NCBI RefSeq assembly: GCF_001194135.2
Contig: NC_068997.1
Coordinates: forward strand, 20,160,791 to 20,224,318
From: Octopus bimaculoides
Taxonomy: Eukaryota
Length of the DNA stretch: 63,528 bases
Direction of reading: 5' to 3'
Of the stretch, positions 53,171 through 63,528 are shown piece after piece. Position numbers and translations under genes: made by a program. Within the stretch, counting starts at the first letter, position 1; each line of letters opens with the position of its first letter. Under the pieces are notes generated by a model that worked only from the letters and a program-made list of their open reading frames with translations, was not told the DNA's origin and did not search any database.

Positions 53171-53188
53171 ATTATTATAATCATATGT

Positions 53189-53760
53189 ACTAAAACTCTT
53201 TCAGTAACTTTCATAATCTGGTACATCAGTTTCGTGCATCTATAGTTTCCTCTTTCTAGTGCATCTTCTTTGCCTTTGTAGCAGTCGATAACGATACTGC
53301 TATGGTAGTCATTGGGTATGAGACCTTCATGTAGCACCTGATTGATTAAGCATGTGACTAGCGCATGACTTGCATTACGCGAAATTTTCAGCCTCACAGC
53401 AACTATACCTAACAGTCCAGCTGCTTTTCCTGCTTTCGTGTTTACAGTTGTTTTATCTCCCATACTACTATCTACTTAGATGGCTGGTTCCGCTGTTGGG
53501 TCCACTGGAAGGAGAGCCTCTTTCTCCCATGCATTTTTCTCATTGAACAATCTCTCATAATGTCGCCTTTTTTACCTTTTTCTTTTTTTCATCATCAATA
53601 AGAACAAGTGTGCTGTGATTATTCTGAATACATTTCATCTCAGCGCTGTCTCTTATTTTCTCTAGTACCCTTCCTTGCAGTCCAGAATACTTATTGCCTT
53701 TGATCTTTATATCAGAGAATGCATATAAACTTCTTATTTTATGCTCCTCCACCACATAAA
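53189..53760 (-). mobile_element. Decayed RTE-clade LINE reverse transcriptase fragment
   Basis: ORF 53065..53463 (-) reads KAGKAAG...EGLIPNDY..S......YKGKEDALERGNYRCTKLM...MKVTERV, matching RT domain 0-1 motifs (GKAPG, PxDW, YKGKGD...NYRGIKL). Confidence 0.85.
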
Positions 53761-53885
53761 TATACTTATTGCCTAGTTTTTCTTCTACCTACAACTGTAT
53801 AGTGATACTCTCTGCTATCTCCCTTCCTCCGATCTTTTTCCAAGCCTCTCTTAGCTTTTACGATTCTGTCTATCATTCTATTCCT

Positions 53886-53947
<62 letters not shown>

Positions 53948-54346
53948 TATACATATACATATGTCTATATATATCTGGAATTGGCAGAAGTTACAGCAAC
54001 TCAAGCTCAGAGTTTCGCACATTAGCAGTTACCAAACACTCATTCCATGAGTCACTTCGGTAGCTTTTGTCAATTAATGATAAAACCTATATCTACTCAT
54101 GTATCGAGTTCTGTTTCCTTGTTTGTATCACCAAACACACATGTACACACATACACACATATACGCATACACACACATACATTAAGCATAGTTGTGTGGT
54201 TAAGAAGTTTGCTTTGTAACTATGTATCCCCAGGTTCAATTCTGCTGTGCAGCACTTTGAGTTAAGTGTCTTCTACAATCACCTCATAATGACAAATTTG
54301 CAAATACCTTAGGAATTAACTTTGGTAGACAAAGTGCGCAGAATTC

Positions 54347-54386
<40 letters not shown>

Positions 54387-55929
54387 CAAGCACACACACA
54401 CACACACATATTTATACATGGCTGTGTGGTAAGAAGTTTGCTTTCCTACTACATGGTTCCGGGTTCAATCCCACAGCATGGCACCTTGAGCAAGTGTCTT
54501 CCACTATAGCCTCAGGCAACCAAAGCTTTGTAAGTGGATTTGATAGATGGAAACTGAAAGAAGCCCAACATATATATGTGTGTGTATATGTAGGTACGTA
54601 TATATTTATGTGTTTGTGTCTGTCCCCCCCACCATTGCTTGACAATTAATGTTGGTGTGTTAACACCCCTGTAACTTAGCGGTTTGGCAAAAGAGACCAA
54701 TAGAATAAGTACTAGGCTTACAAAGAATAAGTCCTGGGGTTGATTTCTCTGACTAAAACCCTTCAAGGCGGTGCTCCAGCATGGCCACAGTCAAATGACT
54801 GAAACAAGTAAAAGAAAGAATAAATGAATATACATGTGGTGTGTGTATGGATGTGTGTTTAGTTGTTTGCATCATCTATGTCATATTCTTTTTATGTTCT
54901 GTAACCTGGTAGTTCAACAAACAGATACTGATTAAATGAGTACCAAAATTAAATAAATACAAAAGTTGATATAAATGACTATTTTCTTCAAAACAAAGCC
55001 CTTATGGCTGCAGTTCAATAGCTAAAGCCAAGAATGCAGTAAAAGAATAAATATCTGTATTTATATACTCTTTTACTCTTTTATTTGTTTCAGTCATTTG
55101 ACTGTGGCCATGCTGGAGCACCACCTTTAGTCGAGCAAATCGACCCCAGGACTTATTCTTTGTAAGCCTAGTACTTATTCTATCGGTCTCTTTGCCGAAC
55201 TGCTAAGTTACGGGGACGTAAACACACCTGCGTCGGTTGTCAAGCGATGTTAGGGGGACAAACACAGACACGCAAACATATACACATACATACATATATA
55301 TATATACATATATATNNNNNNNNNNNNNNNNNNNNNNNNNNNNNNNNNNNNNNNNNNNNNNNNNNNNNNNNNNNNNNNNNNNNNNNNNNNNNNNNNNNNN
55401 NNNNNNNNNNNNNNNNNNNNNNNNNNNNNNNNNNNNNNNNNNNNNNNNNNNNNNNNNNNNNNNNNNNNNNNNNNNNNNNNNNNNNNNNNNNNNNNNNNNN
55501 NNNNNNNNNNNNNNNNNNNNNNNNNNNNNNNNNNNNNNNNNNNNNNNNNNNNNNNNNNNNNNNNNNNNNNNNNNNNNNNNNNNNNNNNNNNNNNNNNNNN
55601 NNNNNNNNNNNNNNNNNNNNNNNNNNNNNNNNNNNNNNNNNNNNNNNNNNNNNNNNNNNNNNNNNNNNNNNNNNNNNNNNNNNNNNNNNNNNNNNNNNNN
55701 NNNNNNNNNNNNNNNNNNNNNNNNNNNNNNNNNNNNNNNNNNNNNNNNNNNNNNNNNNNNNNNNNNNNNNNNNNNNNNNNNNNNNNNNNNNNNNNNNNNN
55801 NNNNNNNNNNNNNNNNNNNNNNNNNNNNNNNNNNNNNNNNNNNNNNNNNNNNNNNNNNNNNNNNNNNNNNNNNNNNNNNNNNNNNNNNNNNNNNNNNNNN
55901 NNNNNNNNNNNNNNNNNNNNNNNNNNTAT

Positions 55930-55994
<65 letters not shown>

Positions 55995-56205
55995 ATTATA
56001 TTTATTTACACATAGGGATAGTATAAATATTTTACAGATAGGTGGGTATTTGTGTGTGTGAGTGCCTGTGTGCCTCTTTTCATATCTGGACAAAAGAATA
56101 TTGCAGTTTACACTACTGATTAACCTATATTTGCAGTCTGCAACCAATCATCTGTCTTCTGCACCTATTTGACCTTAACTATAATTTTTTATGTGTATAT
56201 GTGCG

Positions 56206-56252
<47 letters not shown>

Positions 56253-57039
56253 ACATTGTGCATGTGTGTGTGTGTATGCTTGTATATGTATATGCACACA
56301 TGCGCACATAAATATATATACATATGTATTTGTAGTTATATATATAGTTATATATATATATATATATATATGTATAGTTCATTAAAACTTATTCTATATA
56401 TTAGTAATATGTTTTCTCCAAATTTTATCAGCAAAATCTCAAGTATTTTTTTTTCTTCTCTGACAATATTTCTACCTTGAACACATAATAAATATATTTA
56501 TTTCTTAGATTATCTACAATAACCTTTTTTGCATACTGATTGGAAAAGCTTATGTACATACTCACATAGACAAACATAAGCACAAACACACATGCAGGCA
56601 TAGCTTAGTAGAAATGGTGCTGGAAGTATTTAAACTTAGACTTAGAAGAGGTGGATCTAAATACAGTAATTAAACACGACACTACCATTTCTACCAAACT
56701 TGCTTTCTTAGTATTTAAGATATAATATGTATCATCAAGAAGTTGTATGATATAAGATGTATATAATTATCATTGATCTCTTTGACAGTGGTGGATGTCA
56801 GAACTGGCCATTTGACTGACAATGCATTGTGGTATATCTATGCTATTGCAATAAGTAATTATTAGTGACAGAATCAGTATTGATACCAAAGGGTAATATT
56901 TATCCCCACTTAAAAGTGGATGTTGTGCTAGAACACATAATACTGCGATAGTTGCCGTGAGAGAAACTCTCACATTGTCTTTTGGTGCATAATGGCACTC
57001 TTGTTTACATTATTAGCAAGAGACAAATCTCTGCTTGCC

Positions 57040-57300
57040 ACTGCTGTGACTACCAGATCATAAGATTTCAGTAATGCCGACTTTTGCAATACATCTAGAT
57101 TGTAGGGAATCTCTAAGGTTTTCAGATGTTTTTTCAGAATGGGTGATATTGAACCCAATGCTCCGATGACAATAGGGATAACCTTTACATTCGACTCTCG
57201 TAGCTGCCACATCTTAGCAATCTCAGTTCTCAGGCCTCCATATTTATCAACTTTTTCTCTTTCTTTCATAATGATATGTTGATTTCATGGCACATCTCTC
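57040..57300 (-). mobile_element. 3' fragment of an RLE-type non-LTR retrotransposon (R4/Dong-like)
   Basis: KEREKVDKY..L..EI..MW....VKVIPIVIGALGSI...L...L...LQKSALL is the characteristic C-terminus of restriction-like-endonuclease LINEs. Confidence 0.8.
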
Positions 57301-57477
57301 TCAAAGTGTAAAAATGTCTCTCCTTTCAAAATACATTTTATATAACTAAACAAAATTTTCTTTGGAGTACATGCAAAAAGAACTATATCAACTTGTTATC
57401 CACACAGCTGTGTCTGCACTTACTGAGCGCAAACCATGTAGTTATGAGGCAAAATATATAATATCCATGTATCTGAC

Positions 57478-57518
<41 letters not shown>

Positions 57519-57899
57519 CATTCTTAGTGTGTATATGAATAGAATTTGTTAGAATTTGTATATAGTGTATAAAATGTGCAGAGATGTATTATAAATTCTA
57601 TTGATACTGTATAAACTGCATAGAAGTATTATGTGTGAAACAGCTGTATTATAATGTGATAGCTATGCTAGAATGTGGAATGTATTTTGCTGTCCTCCTT
57701 CAACAGTATCCAAAGTTATGCAATAAATATGCAATAAATTTCAATGCATACACTGTCATGTTTATATCTATATTATAACTTTATTTGTGTTTACAGTGTC
57801 TACTACCATGCTATAATATTTGCAGCTATACTATCATATCAGGGACAGTTGGTGGGAAGGCTTCTTTCTTATTTAACTTGCTGGGCATGGAAGAAGGGA

Positions 57900-58110
57900 C
57901 ATTGCCGTTGGCATATGCAGGACCTCTTTGGTGGGAGATTGATGCCATTAATGCTCCTGTCGAACCTTTGGAGGTCAACACCTACAGGAAAGACATCAGC
58001 AGGGAGAGAATTCCAGAAGGAGAATTTGTTCTGGGAAAGAAAAACTGGGAACAGAAATTAGTGCAGGGCTAGACAAAACAAGGGTGATGAAGAGAAGAGG
58101 AAAGATGGAA
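57900..58110 (-). mobile_element. Decayed LINE RT 3' fragment (Jockey-like)
   Basis: The minus strand gives SQFFFPRT, then after a frameshift FWNSLPADVFP..VDLQRF..SIN. Confidence 0.65.
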
Positions 58111-59834
58111 GGATCAGAAAATCCCCAAGTAGTGGCAGCAATTTGCTTGTTGCAAGATCAGTGGCTGGTTGTCACTTATTGTCTATATATTGTGAGCTGG
58201 AGCAAAGTACTGCTATCTCTAGCAGAGGAGTATCCACCACTGAGGATAAGTGTCTATGTAGACACGATTATTATTATTATTAGTACTATTCACTCAAATG
58301 AATCCTACAAATAATTAATTATATATATATATATATATATATATNNNNNNNNNNNNNNNNNNNNNNNNNNNNNNNNNNNNNNNNNNNNNNNNNNNNNNNN
58401 NNNNNNNNNNNNNNNNNNNNNNNNNNNNNNNNNNNNNNNNNNNNNNNNNNNNNNNNNNNNNNNNNNNNNNNNNNNNNNNNNNNNNNNNNNNNNNNNNNNN
58501 NNNNNNNNNNNNNNNNNNNNNNNNNNNNNNNNNNNNNNNNNNNNNNNNNNNNNNNNNNNNNNNNNNNNNNNNNNNNNNNNNNNNNNNNNNNNNNNNNNNN
58601 NNNNNNNNNNNNNNNNNNNNNNNNNNNNNNNNNNNNNNNNNNNNNNNNNNNNNNNNNNNNNNNNNNNNNNNNNNNNNNNNNNNNNNNNNNNNNNNNNNNN
58701 NNNNNNNNNNNNNNNNNNNNNNNNNNNNNNNNNNNNNNNNNNNNNNNNNNNNNNNNNNNNNNNNNNNNNNNNNNNNNNNNNNNNNNNNNNNNNNNNNNNN
58801 NNNNNNNNNNNNNNNNNNNNNNNNNNNNNNNNNNNNNNNNNNNNNNNNNNNNNNNNNNNNNNNNNNNNNNNNNNNNNNNNNNNNNNNNNNNNNNNNNNNN
58901 NNNNNNNNNNNNNNNNNNNNNNNNNNNNNNNNNNNNNNNNNNNNNNNNNNNNNNNNNNNNNNNNNNNNNNNNNNNNNNNNNNNNNNNNNNNNNNNNNNNN
59001 NNNNNNNNNNNNNNNNNNNNNNNNNNNNNNNNNNNNNNNNNNNNNNNNNNNNNNNNNNNNNNNNNNNNNNNNNNNNNNNNNNNNNNNNNNNNNNNNNNNN
59101 NNNNNNNNNNNNNNNNNNNNNNNNNNNNNNNNNNNNNNNNNNNNNNNNNNNNNNNNNNNNNNNNNNNNNNNNNNNNNNNNNNNNNNNNNNNNNNNNNNNN
59201 NNNNNNNNNNNNTATATATATATATATATATTCTTTTACTTGTTTCAGTCATTTGACTGTGGCCATACTGGAGCTTTAGTTGAACAAATCGACCCCAGGA
59301 CTTATTCTTTGTAAGCCTAGTAATTATCCTATCGGTCTCTTTTGCCGAACTGCTAAGTTACGGAGACATACACACATTAACATCGGTTGTCAAGCAATGG
59401 TTGGGGTCAAACACAGACACACAAATACATACATAGTCTGTTATATTACCACCTAGTACTTTTGTTTGATGCTTATTTTGCCATTCTCAGAAGATATGGA
59501 AATGCTAAGTGGGCACAAAGCCGACGTTGGCATGAAGGGAGATAATTCAATTGGATTCAATTGGCAGAATCATTAGCATGCTGGGCAAAATTCTTAGCAG
59601 TATTTCATCTGCCACTATGTTCTGAGTTCAAATTCCGCTGAGGTCAACTTTGCCATTCATTCTTTCAGGGTCAATAAATTAAGTATCAGTGAAACACTGG
59701 TGTTGATGAAATCAACTATTTCCCCCACCCCAAATTTCAGGCCTTGTGCCTATAGTAGACACGATTATTATTATTAGTAGTACTATTATTATTAATGTTG
59801 TTGTTGTTACTTCCCCATGAATTTTATTTTTCAG

Positions 59835-60047
59835 ATACCTATGTGAAGTTAACTCTGATGTCTCCGACTGGTAAAGAAATTGCCCGCAGTAAAACTTCTA
59901 TACGGCGTGGTCAACCAAATCCATTGTTTAGAGAAACATTTGTATTCCAAGTGGCATTATTTCAACTGCCAGAATTAACACTAATGATCTCTGTCTACAA
60001 TAAACGAAGTATGAAACGGAAAGAGATGATTGGCTGGTTTGCTTTAG
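59835..60047 (+). CDS. Syt14: Synaptotagmin-14-like exon, C2B ([45 protein letters not shown]...MIGWFAL), phase 1-1
   Basis: Flanked by TTTCAG and GTAAGG; 213 nt. [24 protein letters not shown] is a typical SYT14/16 C2B segment. Confidence 0.95.
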
Positions 60048-61150
60048 GTAAGGAATTTTTCAGAAATTCTTATTTATGTTATTTTTTAACTGTTAGTGAC
60101 CAAAATATTTAGAAGAGAATCACCTAATTTGAGAATTTAGTTGGAAGTTTGATGCTTTGCTGCCTATTTTTAGGGTCCTATTGTGTTTGTAACAAAGAGA
60201 TATAACCTTTATGTTACCATATTTCTGATGAAATATTTTGCTTTCGTTTCAATTAATTTTGGAAATAATGAAGAATTTAGTTAAAGTAACTTTGTCATTA
60301 TTAAGCTGATGTTTGGAACATAAATTAACATGAAATTTTTATGGAATGTTGTAACTGAGATCACTTTAAAGCCTTGGGTGCCATTTTCATGGCACCAACA
60401 TTAGTGAGATTGCCATGAATCTTGCAAGACTAAGATCTCTGTTGTCTGAATGGGGCTACAGTAGAGGGGAAGGTGGCTTTATGCTAAGGAATGAGGAGTT
60501 AAAAAGTATGATATTCATAATTTGCCACAGCTGTCTCATCATATATGCATGTAACTTGTCTCCTTGAGCTTTATAGACTGTCCAGGTTTCAGCTCCATAC
60601 AACCTTTTATATTTACTTAGTGACTCTTCTATTACTATTTCAGTAATTTTAGTGGAGTATGCAATTATTTGATGAGGTCAGAATAAGGCTGAAAATAGTC
60701 TGGAGTTTTCTCTCATATTTACTGGAAAAATGAAATCAATATTAGTCCATTGACTAATGGGGTTTTTTTCCCCTTGTTGTATATTTATTTCTAATGTTCC
60801 CTACATTGAATATGTTAACACTAGCTTAGTTATAGAATTTAATTTCCAGAGCTGATGCTATGTAAAAAATCACTCTGTCCACTCTGCAGGGTGGTTGGTA
60901 TTAGGAAGGGCATCCAGCTGTAAAACACCATGCTAAGACAGACACAGTGGCCTGGTGTAGTTTTCTGCCTGGCCGGCTCCTGTCAAACCATCCAACCCAT
61001 GCCAGCATGGAAGGCAGACGTTAAACAATGATGATGATGATGATGACGACGATGAATGCTGCTTAATTCCAGGACATTTACTGATCACACATTCAAGACT
61101 ATCTATCATTCCACTTTGCTAATCTGTATTCATTTCTTCATTAATTTCAG

Positions 61151-61251
61151 GAATGAAAAGCAGCGGAGAAGAAGAACAGAGCCACTGGAATGACATGTGT
61201 GAAAACAAAGGGGAGGAAGTACAGCGCTGGCACGTACTCCTTGAATCTTGA
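61151..61251 (+). CDS. Syt14: Synaptotagmin-14-like terminal coding exon (GMKSSGEEEQSHWNDMCENKGEEVQRWHVLLES*)
   Basis: TTTCAG acceptor; TGA at 61249-61251. The C-terminus closely resembles the SSGEEE..HW..M...KG..V.RWH.LLES end of vertebrate SYT14. Confidence 0.95.
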
Positions 61252-62531
61252 GCCACCAGAGCTCAATGAGCTGCACTGAACTCTTGTTTTCATTTGTACC
61301 AATACCAATACTCTAGTAATAATCTCTTCTCCCAGACAATGTTCACAGTCTACATATACACATACACACACAGTCACACTTGTGCATACATAGTCTGCAC
61401 CCTTCCTCTTTTCTCTCTTCCCCCCACTCTCTATCTCCTTGTTAAAAGACATAACCTGCAACTAATTGTAGCCATTAGACGCCATCATCCATATAGCTCT
61501 CATCTCTAACATCTCTATGTCTCTCACGTATACTCTTCCTCTCCTCCTACTCTCTCTCTCTCTCTCTTGTCTTTCTACTTCCATCCCTCTCTTACAGAAT
61601 TTCCTTCCAATAACTCTATGTATATATATATATCTAGATAAACCTTCACTATTTGAACAAAACTTGTTCTCAAGAATAACTAACCACACCCACACACACA
61701 CCAGACTTAGAAAAAAAATTTAGATTCACAATTCTTCCTTATTTGTGTACAGTTCTATGTTTATGACTTGATACTGTCAGTTGCATACCTTAATTCTGTT
61801 CACGGTGGCCCACTGATTGCTGAACAAAATGTCCCAGCCCCAAAACCACCACCATGTAAGCCAATGAGTGAGTGTCTTCATGGTCAATTGACCTGCTAGA
61901 AATAGCTGCCATATCCCTCTTAATTTACACCATACTCTCTTGTAAAAGAATAAAAATAGAAGCGGGGCATGTCAGACAGTACCTGAGACGAGGATGAGAT
62001 AGATATGTCTGGAATGCCCTTGATCATAAATCTTCTGAATTAGGATTGATCTGGGAATAAACAACAACCAGTTACCACGTCCATCTTCGCAAAAATACAT
62101 ACGTACACACACCACCACCTTATAATGTGACAAACAGAATCAAGGGACTTAACTCAGTAACAATTTCTTGCTACTGCTTTTTCTAGCAATATTTCTACAA
62201 TACCTTTATAGAATTGCTTGCCTCCTGGTGAATTCATATGGATGGTGAGTGATGGGGGAATTTTAAGTGAGTATCATTGTTATGTCAGCCATTATATTTC
62301 CTATCCAGGTGGTGTAGAGTTCACTGCATGATGGCTGGAGAGGCTAGTGGATAGCGAAAGATAGTACAATACTGACCTCATACACACAACATATGTATAT
62401 GTTTTTACATATTTATGTATGTGTGTCTATGTGTATGTGTATACAAGTGTGTATGTCTGTGTGCATATGTATATATATGTGTATGTGTATGTATGTGTGT
62501 ATATATCTATCTTTATATATATATATATATA

Positions 62532-62666
62532 TATATTTATATAAGGGCATTACTATATAACGCCTCACGCCATGAGGGACTCTAAGGTCAGACTACTATG
62601 TAGTCTGACCTTAGAGTCCCTCATGGCGTGAGGCGTTATTATATAGTAATGCCCTTATATAAATAT
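62532..62666. repeat. Long near-perfect palindrome
   Basis: Perfect 39-bp arms at 62558-62596 / 62600-62638 around a 3-nt loop, extending about 25 bp further each side with one 3-nt indel. Confidence 0.95.
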
Positions 62667-63528
62667 AAATATATATTTCGGGAATAAATGATGGATTTTT
62701 TCCCTTATGAGGTTTTTTTCACGCTAGCTACTTGATAAATTCTTGTAAAAGAATTTGTCCTATTATTGAATTTATATATATATATATATGTACATATACA
62801 TAAGTATATATATATATATATGCATGTGTATGTGTGTGTGTGTGCGTGTGTATACACACACACACACATGTATATGTGCAGGCATTCATTGCATTGCAGA
62901 ATTCTCCTGCAAAAATCTTGCCATAATGCAGAATTCTGTTAGAGAAAAAAACACTATTTTCACATTGTTTTTCATGTTACCAATTGCAATGCATTCCAAC
63001 AGAATTTTTTTGAGAAAAAAAAAAAAAAAAAAAAAAAAACGTAATTCAGTCACATTTAGACCAGAAGACATCAATTTTCACACACATACATACACATGCT
63101 TCTTCGAGTAATCACAACCAAGATGTCTCTGTACGCCTATAAGCTTTGGTAGATTCTCAATTTCCTGTTGTGTGTCCCTAACGATAAGCATTAATGTAAT
63201 TGAGAGTTCTTTGTTCTCTACAAGTGCTGTAACAGAAATACTTTAGGAAATAATTATGAAACAGTGAGAAAGGAAGGTGATGAGCTGGCAGAATCGTTAG
63301 CATGTCGGGCAAAATGCTTAGCAGCATTTCGTCCATCTTTACATTCTGAGTTCTAATTCTGTCAAGGTCTACTTTGCCTTTCATCCTTTCAGGGTCGATA
63401 AAATAAATACCAAATGAGCACTGGGGTGTCAATGTGATCGACTTAATCCCCTCCCTCCAAATTGCTGGCCTTGTGCCTAAATTTGAACCCAGTATCATAG
63501 TGTGAAGATGTGTGGCTTAGTGGTTAGA

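Noticed and set aside
605-63111. Dozens of long ORFs rich in YI/HT/CV dipeptides, poly-H/T/M or X
   Set aside because: They are translations of (TA)n, (CA)n and trinucleotide microsatellites or of N gaps, with no protein motifs.

Overview
This is AT-rich eukaryotic genomic DNA with many assembly gaps. It is dense in (TA)n/(CA)n/(GAT)n microsatellites and SINEs; the repeat content suggests a coleoid cephalopod, probably Octopus (inference). The window is mostly one + strand gene of the synaptotagmin-14/16 family. Six exons are well supported (20091-20267, 27574-27914, 49252-49531, 49835-49992, 59835-60047, 61151-61251), and there is a candidate 27-nt microexon at 9059-9085. Reading-frame logic requires one further exon between 49993 and 59834, which I could not find, so it is probably in an N gap. 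A transmembrane exon is also not visible. The introns carry Tc1/mariner and hAT MITEs, LINE fossils (Jockey-like, RTE, RLE-type), LTR-like pieces, Penelope-like remnants and satellites. Nearly all long ORFs in the supplied track are microsatellite or gap artefacts. I found no convincing new protein-coding system. The most interesting unexplained signals are: three hammerhead-ribozyme-like motifs in Penelope-type remnants; a Ulp1-like protease fossil abutting a Penelope RT/GIY-YIG fossil; a TSD-flanked U6 5' fragment; several near-perfect long hairpins; repeated SINE insertion at one site of another SINE; and an apparent CpG boundary near the gene's 5' end.
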